From Lama guanicoe (taxonomy: Eukaryota): DNA of 64,000 bases. Positions 1-50,053 of the stretch are shown piece by piece. Each line of letters opens with the position of its first letter. Position 1 is the stretch's first letter. The notes below the pieces were generated by a model. It saw only the letters and a program-made list of their open reading frames with translations. It did no database searches and was not told where the DNA came from. The stretch covers positions 312,001 through 376,000 of the forward strand of contig MU053933.1 of NCBI GenBank assembly GCA_013239625.1. Reading direction: 5' to 3'. Both the position numbers and the translations under genes were made by a program.

Positions 1-686
1 GGGAGACTCTGCCCGGGAGAAATCCTGATTATAACGACCCTCTTGAAGTGCCCGACTCTACAGTCAGGGGAAAGTGAAACCACACCTCATGTCAACCCTG
101 CTTCATGTGGCTGGAAAAGGTAGGAGCCAGACGTCAAGATATTTTATCAATCTCTCTTATTCTTTTTTTTTTTTTTTTTGGTGGGGGGGGGGGAGTGCGC
201 TAGAGGGGCATTGGAAGCCCAGGTTTAAATAAAATTTCAAAAACCTTTTAATTAAGCCAGAATTTCACGTTCTGTTTTGGATTCCAAAACCGTGTCAAGT
301 GATCTATTCCAGGGAGATAATGCTTTTGTTCAGGCAGGAACACGGTATAAGTTCCAAAAAAATAAATAAATAAACCATACACTTCTACAGAAGTTGCCCC
401 CAAGGCGGTGGCTGTGGGGACAACCACAGAATCCGGCTGGATCTGAAGCGGCTGAGCAACAAGCCTTCAAATGAATGACCTGTAACAGAAGCAGCTCGGC
501 GCTGACCGCTCACAGCCAAGGTTAAGGGCAGTGCGCTGTCCCCACGGAAATGTCATGGAGCGCATTCGATGGCTCAGCTACTGCCTAGACTTTAAGCTTC
601 AGAATATACTACAGGGGTGAGCCTTGCTTTGGCTTGTCATGTATTTGACCAGGTAGGAAGATAACTGTCCAAAAACTAAAAGGCTA

Positions 687-38152
<37,466 letters not shown>

Positions 38153-38487
38153 TCAGCACATCAGCTCCCGGCCGGCCGGGGCTCGCGGGGGGCGGGGAGG
38201 GGGCGCGGCGGGCTGGAACCCGGCGGCGCGGCGGCGCGGGCCCGGGGCGCCGGGAGGCCGGGCGGGGTGAGCGTGAGGAAAGCCCGGCCGGCGCACGAGG
38301 GCCACAGCCCGGGACTGCGCCTCCCACCCCGCACCCCTGGCTAGTGCGGACGCGGCGGCCTGCGTTCCCGACCCGGGCGTCTGGGCAGCTCCTCGGACCG
38401 CGGCCCCGCGCGCTTCCTCCTGCGCGCGCCGCCCGGCGCGTCCCGCCCGCGGCCCCGCAGTGGCCGGAGGAGGCTCGGGCCGCGGGG

Positions 38488-38497
38488 NNNNNNNNNN
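38488..38497. other. Assembly gap (10 N) inside the CpG island
   Basis: Run of n characters; true gap length unknown. Confidence 0.99.
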
Positions 38498-39595
38498 CCC
38501 GCCCCTCCCGCCCCTCCCGCCCCCTTAAAGGCCCAGCGCTGGGCTGCTCTGTCGTCCCCGCCCCCGCCGCGGCCTCGGCCGCCGCCCGCCACGTGCTGGC
38601 GCCGCCGGCTACCCGCAGCGTCCCCCCCCCCGGGCGGTGGCGGTGGGGCGGCGGGGTGTGATCCCCCCTCGGCATTCTCCTGAGCTGACATGTCCCGGGC
38701 GTGGCGACGCGAAAGCGCAGGACTTTGCAATTAGTCAGCCCGACCCCAGGGGCTACAGTAGGGCTGGCTGGCTGGGCTTCTGTAGCGTGTGTGCGCGTGT
38801 GTACGCGCGTGTGTGCGCGCGTGTGCGTATGGAAGGGTGATTTCTAGGATTACCGTCAGCCCACCGGCAAGACGGTGTCTGGCTTTAACATACTTGGAAA
38901 GTCCCTAGAAATCCAGAACTCACACCCTGAAGTCAGGAGGCCCCGGAGCCACGCTCTAAGAGCTACCACGACCACTCCAAGAAGGGTCTCAGAAAAATGC
39001 TCATTCAGAAGTGTGTGTGCACGCTGTGCGACACGGCCCCTGCGCTCCTCCCCTTGCGGAATCAGCCCCCATCGTTAGAAAATGCCACAAAACACGGCCC
39101 TGAGATTCTCCAAAACCTGATGAAAAGCCTGAATCACAAAACAGTGATTTGCTTTTACTTCTGCGCTGTGTGAAGGGGATCCGACCTTGAACTGGGTTGA
39201 CTAGACGGGGCGCTGAGCCTTCTCTTTCCTAGCTAGGGTCTGCCTGTCTGGTTGGTAACATCAGTGGGGATTCTGGCCCCGCCACTGCAGCAGAGGGTCC
39301 TCACGGGTCCCTCTCCAGCCCCTCCCTGCCACTGCACTGGGTAAGGAGAAGCCTTCCGACCTGGCTCAGAGGGGAGATTGCTAAGGAGACGGGCTAGTTT
39401 TGCAGATGGAGATTAGGCTCTAGATCTGGTTCAGAGGCTGGTGGCATTTATTGATACCTGTTATGCAAATACCCTGGGAATAGCAGAGTAAGGAGAACCA
39501 CAGATGTTGTAATGGATCTGATGTACCAAGTATCAAAGACGAGGGTGAGGTGCCAGGCTAGAAAGGGGGAGGTTGGTTTAATGGCATATCAAGAA

Positions 39596-39638
39596 GTGTG
39601 TGTGTGTGTGTGTGTGCGCGCGCGCGCGCGCGCGTGCA
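39596..39638. repeat. Compound microsatellite (TG)10(CG)9
   Basis: Read directly from the sequence. Confidence 0.95.
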
Positions 39639-40649
39639 AAGGCCCTGAGGCCTGAGGTACAGCTCAGTGCCCTGAGACATAGAGTGTGAGGGGGTGCCGT
39701 CAGTGGGTTGGAGGCCGTCAGTGGGTGGTCCGGAGGCTGCTGCTGGTCCTAAATTCTGGGTAGTAGAGTGTGCAAAGGGGAACCAACACCCCGTCTTAAA
39801 CACAGAGTGAGAACATTGAGTTTTACAAACATCACTCCGAGCAGCAAGTGGAGGCTGAGTTGGAAGGAAGAGGGAGGGGGTCAGAGAGACCAGCTAGAAG
39901 GAGACCCAAGGGGCCATGAGAAGGACTTAAAGGAGACCGAGTGCGTGGAGAGAACGGGCCCTGACAGGAGAGGCTATTCCTGGCTTAGAGACGGGAGGTG
40001 AGGAAGAGGGTGGGTGAGCCTGGTGTTGCGGGAGCAGCGGGAGCGAGAAGGAGTTGACCTCCAAGGGCCTGATTTTCTTTGAGAGTGAAGGAGTTGGGAG
40101 GCAGGGGGACCAAGAGCCTGAGCAGGAAACAGAAAGGGAAGGAGGCAGGGAGGTGAATTCTTCGGGTTTCCCAGGTGAGCTGGGGCGGGGGCCCAGCCCT
40201 TCCTGGACAGGTCTGATGTTGGACCGTGGAAACAGAATGATCTTACCACCCTCCTGCCTGTTATCTCTCCCTTACACGCTAGCTCTCCTCCAGGCCACAG
40301 GCTGCTGAGGGTTGGGAGGAACTGCTCTCCTTTTCTCGGAAATTTTCTGATCTGTAGCCAGATCTATGCAACTGAATAATTCGAGTCATGCTGGCCCTCC
40401 TGCCTGAATAACCAGGACAACTAGATACCCAGGGCTCCTGTCTCCCTGTTGTAGTACGAGGGACATGCGCATGTGCACTGGCTGTGGCCACCTTGGCAGG
40501 AAGGAGACAGCCCTTCCTGATCCCGTGTGACCGGTGGAACCAGTCTCATTCCTCTGCAGCCCGTCTCCCTGGCGTGCTCAACCCACCGGCTCATTTAGAG
40601 GCTTGTAACAAACTGTAAACTAACAACCACCCAGGTCTGGAATTCGTCA

Positions 40650-41460
40650 CCCTGTTGTGAGGTTTTTCAAAGGGAAGGTAAACATCTAAGTATTGAATCA
40701 CTCTGCATAGAAGCAAATTGAGGGAAAATGAGGAATGGCATGGGCTCATAGGGGAATTGCCCTTGGCCAAAACTCTCAGGAGGAATTGAAACACCTGGTA
40801 AAGCCAGGAAAGAGCAGGCCCCCTGCCCTTCGGCTCCCTGCCCTGTTCATCCAGGACGTGGAGGACACTGGACGGCTCAGCTCTCAGGGAAGAGCAGCAG
40901 TTCCCCCCGACATGGTGGCATTCCTGCTCCCAGCCCGCTGCCCTCTCCTCCACCCCATAACCCTTCAACCCAAGGAGCCTGACGGCAGCTCTGCCCAGGA
41001 AAGACCCATCACCCACCAGACTGTGACGGGTCGGGGACCATCGCACTGTACAGCAGCGATTTGCTTCTGCAAGCAGGCTGGGTGGTGGGGGTGGGTCTGA
41101 GGTCCCGGTTGCAGGGGAGAGGAACACAGGGGCCAGCTTTTGTTCCCGAGCCAGGCTTTCATACTGTGGTTCAATGGAAACCATCTTCAGATCAGGGACC
41201 CACCAGAGGCAGCCACCTGCCTGGAATTCTCTGGAAGGCATGGCTCTGAACCTTGGATCCACTGGGACCCGTGGCGGCAGAGAAGAAATAGCAGAAACTA
41301 TGTCTCCGGGTCCCCCTTTGGAGCGCTCTGCAGTGACCGCTGTGAGCCTGCGCACAGGAAGCGGGAATCAAAGCTCTGTTGCTCCATGTGGTGCCTCAAC
41401 CCCGCATCCACCAGGGAAGTGTTTTAACGTCTCCCTCCCCCAAGCCCAGGAGTTTCCATG
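40650..41460. mobile_element. Possible old LTR element, family unassigned
   Basis: About 800 bp starting tgttgtga with an LTR-like texture; family not recognised. Confidence 0.25.
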
Positions 41461-42339
41461 ATGATGTTACGTTTTCAAAAATTAATTAAATATGCCCAAT
41501 GTCATCTCTGTTTCATAACTATACACAAAGTTGCCTTCTTAGTACTAGAAACTCATTCATTACCATTGAATTAGCTACTGACGGGTTTTTTAAAAGACTT
41601 AATAAAAAAGTGGGATATATACTTAAATACTCACAAAAAATTTCATTAAATTTCCACTTAATTACCTTAAATTTCTAGAAGCGGGAAGGGGGAGGCCCAG
41701 GAAGTTTCTAGTTTGTCTCTAACTAGGCGAGGACACTTCTCCCTCACTCCTCACCCCGCAGTTTGCATGATGATGGTGATGACGGTGGCTACTGCTGGAA
41801 CTATCAGCCTGTGTCCCCACCGCCCCGGGAAAGCGATGGAGCCTGGGCCCCAGCGGGGCTGCAGTGAGCGACCTGTGGATACAAACGTGCAGCTTCCTTT
41901 GGCCGCACTTGACAGAAGACATTCCGAGGATTCCTTCCTAGCAAAGGTTTGGCTCCCCGCCCTCAGCGGAGGGGCCTGCGGGGTATCTGGCCCGGTCTCC
42001 TCGGCTGCACTGGGAGGGCTAGTTGTTTCCACAGTAGGAGGCTGGTGGGGTGGAGCTGGGGGCCATTTCAGGGTGCTGGGTGGCTGAGCCAGACTGGGCC
42101 TCCCCTCAGTGGAGGCCTCTGATCCTCCTGCTGGTCATGCTCTTGATTTTGTGACGGCTTCCCTGGGAGAAAGGCAGCATCTCTGCATAAGATGGAGTTA
42201 CCATCCTGGGAGTCTCCTCTGTGAGGCTGTCACTGTGCGTCCCTGGGGTGGGGTCCCCATACACGCACTCAGCGTGTTGCCAGTGACGCTGCGGATCAGT
42301 ACCACTTGAGGGGCTCATGGCAATATGCGAAGGACGGCA

Positions 42340-42475
42340 TCATCCCATGTTAGAAGTGAGGAAGCTGCGTTCAGAGAGGTTGAGTCATTTGCCCAAGGCC
42401 ACACAGGGAGAAAACAGCAGAGTCGGAGTTTGACCCCAAGTGGTGCCGACCTCAAAGCCCAAGTTCTTTCCATCA
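42340..42475 (-). mobile_element. MIR fragment
   Basis: gaggaagctgcgttcagagaggttgagtcatttgcccaaggccacacag...tttgaccccaag. Confidence 0.65.
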
Positions 42476-42586
42476 ACTTTTATAAAGCAAACAAATTCTG
42501 CTAAAAATAGAAAAATGTTAAAAGCTAGAAATGAAGGGTCCCATTTCTTCCATGCTCAGGCAGAGATCTGTCAAAAGAAGATGAAT

Positions 42587-42672
42587 TGCCTTTTGTGTCC
42601 TGAAGTCTAGGAGATGCCTTTTGTGTCCTGAAGTCTAGGAGATGCCTTTTGTGTCCTGAAGTCTAGGAGATG
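42587..42672 (+). repeat. Perfect tandem repeat, 3 x 28 bp
   Basis: Unit tgccttttgtgtcctgaagtctaggaga at 42587, 42615 and 42643. Confidence 0.97.
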
Positions 42673-43934
42673 TGGATTCTCTCAGACCCAGAGGGGAAGG
42701 AAGTTCATTTAAGGTTCATTCACACAAGAGGGACTTGTCTGGAGCTTCTGCTGGGTCTCAAGCCCTTTCTGGGGAAGACACATGAACCCGCCCCAGTGCG
42801 CGCTGTGGAGGTGGCTGGAGGGGGAGAGTCCGAGCTCTCTCCCTGCCTCACCCCTGCAGGGCCTTCAGGCCGCTCACCTCTCACCCGAAGGGGGAGCAGT
42901 CAACAGGATGTGCTGTCACTCCCCAGTGACCTCACGCGGTGATGCAAGGTCAGACACAGGGCCTGGCCGCCGGCTGCCGGCCAGCCCACCTGCCAGGAGC
43001 CTGCCCTGGCCACCTTGATGACGCTGCCCCTGTGACTCTGTGCCCACACCAGGTGGACAGAGGAATGTGACCCAGATGGCAGCTCGGTCCCAGCCAGGTG
43101 GCTCAGTTAAGCCTCCTGTGTGTCTGCCTGAGAGCAGGGTGATTGGGCACGTTTGCTGGCACCCAAGGTCTGGGCCTATATATAAATGAAGCTATTTAAC
43201 CATATTTTTTTTATATGCTGAAAAAGTCCTTCTGAAGAGGTAGTCACCCACACCGTGTGTTGTCCCTAACTCAAAACAATGCTGACCTGAACGTCCACTG
43301 CTAGCTGAAGTCACACGGCTGGAGTCAGATGTGTCCACCATAGACAGGTCAGGTTCATAGAGAGGAGTGGTGGCCTGGTGGGAGGGCGCACTGAGGGGTG
43401 GAGAGAAGGCACTGAAGGCAGACCATCCCTCCGCCACCTTGTTGCGACTTTGCTTTGACCTGCAGCAGAGGCTGCAGCTGGGGGGGGGGGAGGGGCGCCT
43501 TGGGGCCATCTTGTTGGGGACAGACTCCTGGGCACTGCTCTGAGCTTCTCAGAACCCTCAGGATGTGCCTCCTGGGTCCCACTGACTGGCCATTCCCGGT
43601 GTTGACTTCAGAATAAACTGGATTTGATGTATGGGGTGGCACCAGGCACGCTCACGGCTGGTCCCACGCCCCCAAGCTGGAGGGAGGGCTGTGGCTCTGG
43701 CGTCCAAGATGGGAGCCCTGGAAGCTCCCCCCGCCCCAAGTCAAGGCACATTCCGTGTCATCAACATCTGCCTTCATTTGGGCCCCAAATTTTCCTTTGC
43801 ATTATGCGTTATTTTGTTGTTTCTTTTTTTCTTTTTTTTTTTTTTGGAAAAGGCTTCCTGGTCACCAGGATAGAATCAGCTAAGTATCTGGAGGGACACG
43901 TGGCCTCTGAGAGTTGAAGGAAACTACTATTACT

Positions 43935-44250
43935 TTTTAACTTTTATTTTTTATTGAAGTGCAGCCAGTGGCTTCTGGTGCACAGCATCATGTTTTAGTC
44001 ACACACACACGCGTGTGTTCGTTTTCATATGCCTTTTCATTATAGGTTATTACAAGATGTTGAATGTAGTTCCCCGCACTGCACGGAAGAAACCTGTCGT
44101 TTGCCGATTTTATGTGCACTAGTTAATGCGCACAGATTTCGAACTCCCGGTTTACGCCTCCCTACGCCCTTTCCCTGGTGACCACAGTCCTGTTTAATGT
44201 GTCTTTGAGCCTGTTTCTGTTCTGCAGATGAGTTCATGAGGGTCTTCTTT
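43935..44250 (-). mobile_element. Camelid-type L1 3' UTR fragment
   Basis: ttttcattataggttattacaagatgttgaatgtagttccc: same family text as 13620-13880, inverted. Confidence 0.75.
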
Positions 44251-45054
44251 CTAAAGAAACTACTATTAGAGGGCTTTAAAAACCACCCGAGAACACCCAT
44301 TTACCTGCAAATAATTAATGTGCTAATTACAAATGATATTATCTATCCCAGTGGCTCGCCAAGGAGTCCAATGAGACAAAGTAAACAATTTTGCTGGTCC
44401 AGAAAATACTGGAGTCCGGAAGCAATGGATCTAGTGATGAAGGAGGAAAACACAAGTGCCTTCGGCTTGCTGCGCAGGGACAATGTGGGCTAGGGTGGTG
44501 GAGCTGGACTGGAATCCCGGTGTTCCCGAATGTGACCCTTCCTATGACACCTGTGGAATGTCCCACCAATTTACTGCAGTGTCTCATTTTTCACCAGTTC
44601 TGACCATGCCGGCGTCACCCCGTGTGGCTCAGGGTAGGGGATGTGACTGCACCTGTGAGCACCTGCGGTCATCACGGGCGTTCTCTTGGTGCATCATTTT
44701 CGGCAGAGTCACGTTCTGGAGGCTCTGCTGGCTCCCCCTCAGGGAGCCCGGCTGAGCCCAGGGATGGGGGAGCCAGCCGGCAGAGCAGGGGGACACGCCC
44801 TGCAACCCCAGCTTCCCTCCCCAACAGCCTGACTCTCCTGGAGGGAGGGGGTCACAGAGATGAAGCAGGAAGTCTGGGGAGGGAAGCACTCCGGCTCTTC
44901 CCCCGGTGATGGGAAGGCGGCAGCTGATGGGGCCCCGGGGGAGAAAATGGTCCTGCTTCAGCCCCGCCTTTTCTGTTTGTTCAAACGCAGGATAGCCCTG
45001 CCTCAAGTGTGCTCGAAGCACTGCAGTTCCTGATTATTCATACATGTATGTTTT

Positions 45055-45902
45055 AATATTTTTTAAAAATTGATTTACAATGTTTCAGGTATACAGCAAA
45101 GTGATATATATATACACATATACACTTTTTCAGATTCTTTTTCATTATACATTATTACAGGATACTGAATGTAGTTCCCTGTGCTCTACAGTAGGTCCTT
45201 GTTGTTTCTCTATTTTATATATGATAGTGTGCATCTGTTAGTTCCAAACTCCTAATTTACCCCGCCCCCACTTCCCCCGTGGTAACCATAAGTCTCTTTT
45301 CTATGTCTGTGAGTCTAGTTCTATTTTGTAAATAAATTCATTTGTGTCATTTTTTTAGATTCTACATATAAATGATATATGATATTTGTCTTACTCTGTC
45401 TGACTTACTTCACTTTGTATGATGATCTTCAAGTCCGTCCATGTTGTTGCAAATGGCAGTATTTTATTCTTTTTATGGCTGAGTAGTATTCCACTGTATA
45501 TATATACACCACATCTTCTTTATCCAGTCATCTGTCGATGGACATTTAGGTTGTTTATTGTAAACAGTACTGCTGTGAACACTGGGGTGCGTGTATCTTT
45601 TTGAATCAGAGCTTCTTCCGGATAGATGTCCCAGAGTGGGATTGCTAGCTCATAGGGTAAGTCTGTTTTTAGTTGTTCGAGGAATCTCCACACTGTTCTC
45701 GACAGCGGCTGCACCAATTTACATTCCCACCAGTAGTGTAGGAGGGTTCGCGTTTCTCCACAGCCTCTCCAGCATTTGTCATCTATGGGCTTTTTGAAGA
45801 TGGCCATTCTGACTGGTGTGATGCCTCACTGTGGTTCTGATTTGCATTTCTCTGGTAGTTAGTGGTGTTGAGCATCTTTTCATGTGCTTGTTGGCCATCT
45901 TC
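45055..45902 (-). mobile_element. 5'-truncated L1 (ORF2 C-terminus and 3' UTR)
   Basis: Minus-strand translation MAIFKKPIDDKCWRGCGETRTLLHYWWECKLVQPL...PYELAIPLWDIYP matches the L1 ORF2 C-terminus. Confidence 0.92.
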
Positions 45903-47104
45903 TCACATATATATTTTTAACTCCATGCTTCTGTGTCCAGCAAGATGGGTTGCAAAATATCCAGGGAGCCGTCCTGCCCCCACACGTGGAGGAATGCCGC
46001 AGGGAGTGACACCAGCAGCCTTTCCAATGAACGGCTGAGCTTGCCTGGAAAACGGCCAGGGTCCAAGGCTTCCCCGCAGGAAGGGGAAGAAGCCAGGGCA
46101 GTTTCCTGTGCAGGCGCCAGTTGCTCTGGGCCGGGACAGGGCAGGGCAGGCTCTGAGGTCTCTGTCACCAAGGGGCTGGGGGTTTAAGACCACAGGGAGC
46201 ACGTGAACAAGAGCTGGTGGGAATGAGACCCCCACCCCACCAACCTTGAACAGACCCCTTCAAAGGAAAACCAGAAAAAGAATGTTCTGGGAGGGAAGGA
46301 TGATGTCAAGGAAGCTAGTATGCATTTATATTAACTGTGTGATCTCAGAAATCCATGCAAATGTTTCTATAAAAGGGGGCACCATCTGGGAACACCCAGG
46401 CACCCACAGAAGCCCCTCTGCAGGGGATGCCGTTCATCGTTACCCCAAAGACCCTTGGCTTAAGTGCTTCGTGGAACACAGAGTCCAAGCTACAGAATCT
46501 CTGGGGAAAGCTGGCAGCTGCAACCACCCAGAATCTTAGCCAATACGACTGAACGGAGACTCACCAAGAGTAAGAATGACCAAGGACTCTTTAAAGGGAA
46601 TTGAAACATGAACAAGGAACAGGACCCCTCCAGTTTTGATTTTAGCCCTCACAATGCTGTGATGTGGGCAAGGCAGACAAGATCACTCCCGTTTTGTGGT
46701 AGGAGCCTGAAGTCCAGCTGAGGGGCCACAGGTGTGTCCAGGGTGCTGGCTGCTCCCATGCCCTCCCCGTGCTCCTGAGAACAGCCTTGGAGAGGAGAGT
46801 GAGGGGCACAGCACACCTCACTCATCAGCCCCCTCAGATGCGGCCTTAGGATCCCCTGGTCTTCAGCCTGAGCTGTTGTAAAGGGCTGGCTGGCAGCATT
46901 TACTCCAATTACAAAATCCCACATATTCATTCAAGAAATATCATCAGAGCTGCTCTGCAGTGATAAATCACCAGTGCGCAGGCCTCCCAGGCCCGGGCGG
47001 GCTCCCAGCGGTGGGACTGCTTGTCCATCGCTCTTCTGATGCAGTAATTCACCTCGACTGGGGATTACTATTTTGTCTTTTTAAAAATAGTCGATCTAAG
47101 AATT

Positions 47105-47228
47105 TATGCAGGTAATGAAAAGGATATGAAAATGAATACATGTATATATATATATGCATGACTGGGACATTATGCTGTATGCCAGCAACTGACACATTGT
47201 AACTGATTATACTTCAATTAAAAAAATA
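47105..47228 (+). mobile_element. L1 extreme 3' tip with poly(A)
   Basis: taatgaaaaggatatgaaaatgaatacatgtatat...acattgtaactgattatacttcaattaaaaaaa. Confidence 0.75.
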
Positions 47229-47819
47229 GTTATGCAGAATTGAAGGAACAGGAAAACACGGGTGGTCTACGTGATCTTCTGTTGCCGCCAGAGGCATGTT
47301 TAGGGCGGAAACGTGCCCCGCTGAGGGGCCGACCGATGGGGGCTGTCCTGCTCTGTGTCATGCTCTGAGGTCCAGAATGAGAGAGACTCAGAGGCCATCT
47401 CCTCACCAACGATTCTCTTCCCTTCCAAAGCAAGGTAGGGGATGAATGATGGGAGATGCTGCCTGTCGGTGGGTTTATGAGATTTAAAATTCTAATGGGG
47501 GGGGGTGGTGGTGACAAAAGGAACATCCTCTTTTGCTGGGGACGGCTAGACTGACCACTGTGGAATGTGACAGATGAATGGCCTAGACTGTGGGGCATCC
47601 AAGGAGGCCGTTAGAAGAATTGTCCTAGTGCGCGAGGCCAAGTTCCAGAGCTGGTCCATCCATTGTACATAATGAGCTCTGTTCTGCGAAGACCAAGGGA
47701 AGAGGAGCCGGGGGAGAGGTGATGCCAGATGCGCCCAAGAGGAAACCTCTCCTTCATCCTATAGCTTTGGGACCAGCCACACGAGGACAAGGACTCGAGG
47801 CAGTGGAAACCACAGAGGA

Positions 47820-48255
47820 GACTCAGAGGTCCCTCAGCGGGTGATGGATAAACACAGCATGGCCCACCCACACGGGGGGATGGCATGCAGCCGTGGAAAG
47901 GAGTCACGCACTGTCCCCTGTGCAGCGTGGGTGAACCTTGAAACATGACGTGAAATGAGCCAGACACAAAAGGGCGCCTGTCGTAAGACTTGACTTCTAG
48001 GAAATGCCCAGAATGGGCGAATCCTGGAGGCAGAAAGCAGATGAGTGGTCCCAGCAGCTGAGGCCCTGGGGGGTGGACAGTGACGGCTGCTGATCTAGTG
48101 TTCTCTTGGTGGCGGGAGCCATGAAGTGTTCTCGAACTAGATGGTGAGGATGATTGTGCAACATTTTGGGGGTACAAAGTGTCACTGAATTGTGCACGTG
48201 AAAATGGCTGAAATGGTCAACTTTATGCTATGTGTGTTTTACCACCATTTAAAAA
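47820..48255 (+). mobile_element. L1MB-like 3' end
   Basis: gatggataaacac...gaaccttgaaacatgacgtgaaatgagccagacacaaaaggg...gtcactgaattgtgcac...ttttaccaccatttaaaaa. Confidence 0.75.
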
Positions 48256-48329
48256 GAGATTCGCCAATGACTGAACCAGCACTGTGCCTGGTGTCCGCGT
48301 GGGTCAACCACAGTAGTTTGCTCACCTGT

Positions 48330-48450
48330 CCCTTCATTCACTCACTTATTCACTGATGCAACAGGTAGGTATGGAGCACCTGTGCGTGCCAGGTGTTGGG
48401 CTCGACGCTGGGGGCCCAGTAACGAGCAAACAAGTCTCATGGGGCATGAA
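48330..48450 (-). mobile_element. L2 3' end fragment
   Basis: ttcattcactcacttattcac...tatggagcacctgtgcgtgccagg. Confidence 0.5.
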
Positions 48451-49509
48451 CTCGGCGGAGAAGACAGCCGTGGGACACTCCCTCAGACCCCTGGAAGCTG
48501 GCAGGCTCAGGGGCAGCCAGGCGCTGGAGGCCAAGGGAAACCGGCTGGGGCGGCCCCTGGGGAGCCGGGGGTTTCGCTCCGTCAGCAACAGGAGGGAGTG
48601 GTAGAGGAGGGACCTGTTTGCACTTGGCCAAGAGGGGCCCCTGAGGAGCCAGCAGGAGAAGGGTGGGGGGAACCACAGCTCGCACGGATGGGGGGCAGGG
48701 TTCCCCACCTGCACTCAGAGGGCAGGACAGGGGACTCGGAGGAGGAGGCACCGAGATGGTGGGTGGGGGTGGGTATCAAGGGTGATGAGGCAAAGCTCGA
48801 GAGGAGCTTTACCCCAGAAAGAAAGGCAGGAGAGGACCACGTGAGGGGCTGGGAAACTCTGAAGGCAAGAGGCATTCAGGAGAGAAAGGGCCCCATGGGG
48901 AGTGGCTGGGGCAGCTGGTCAGGTCCTTGCCCATCCTAGGAAGCTGTGTGATGAAGATGGACTTGTGTGGCTGCCCAGATACGTGTGGGCCCTGGAAGCA
49001 GATATCCAGATGTGAATTCAGTGCCTGACAGAGCGTTGCAAGACACTGGGAAAGGACGTGATTAGTAATCTCAGGACAGAATTATAACAGAGGTTGAGAT
49101 CACCAGACCAGTTGGAGGGGACCACTGCTTGATCTTATGGATGAGGAAGGAGGGCCGGGCATCGTCCCCCGGGACACACCAGCAGTAAAGGGCCCCCCGT
49201 CACCACTCACGACTCTGAGAAGATGTAGGGGAGGCAGAGACGGGCAGGGACAGGTGCTATCTCCCCATCTGTGGAATGGGGGGTCACTCCTGCTAGGAAG
49301 CACCAAAATGGGGGTTGGAGACCTGGCGCCTGGCACGGTGGGCCCTCAGCGTGGGAAATGACAGCTCTTCGTACATAACCAGAGACGAGAGGGAAGAACT
49401 CATGCAGCTTTAAATGCACCCTCCGTGCCAAACACTTCTAACTTCTGATGAATAAATACCAGAGCAAACAAACCAAAACAACACAGAGGGAGGCAGCTGG
49501 GCAGATCCT

Positions 49510-50053
49510 GTGCCACCTTGTGATCCCACTCCTGGGTGCATACACCAAAGAACTGAAAGTCAGGGTTCAAACAAGCACCTGTACACGAATGTTCACAGCA
49601 GCAAGGCTCACAGTCTCCAGAGCGCAGAAACGACCCAAATTCACCAGCAGGTGAATGGATACACAGAGGGGTCTGTCCACACCATGCAATAGTGTTCAGC
49701 CATGGAAAGGAGTGAAGTAGTCACACGTGGGACCACGTGGACGAACCTTGATGCCTTATGTAAGTGAAAGAAGCTGGACACGAAAGGCCACGTGGAGTGT
49801 GACAGCATTTCCCTGAAATGCCCCGAACAGACAAAGGCAGAGGCAGAAAGCAGGTATCAGGGGGTGCGGGGGCTGCGGGGGGGCAGGGACGGAGGCTGAC
49901 TCCTGACGGTTACCGGTCTCCTTTTGGAATGATCAAGACGTTCTGGAATGAGTTACGGTGACGGCTGCATAGACTTGTGAATGTGCTAAACGCCACCAAA
50001 TTGTTCACCTTAAAATGCTGACTTTTACATTGTGTGAATCTCACCTTTATTAA
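49510..50053 (+). mobile_element. L1MB-like ORF2 end and 3' UTR
   Basis: atcccactcctgggtgcatacaccaaagaactgaaa...tgtacacgaatgttcacagcagc...tgtgaatctcacctttattaaa. Confidence 0.8.

Noticed and set aside
40591..41355. 254-aa minus-strand ORF
   Set aside because: No gag/pol/env or cellular motifs; probably within an old repeat.
44430..44605. C/D-box-like motifs (gtgatga ... ctga)
   Set aside because: Spacing is long, there is no convincing terminal stem or rRNA guide, and no host intron is evident.
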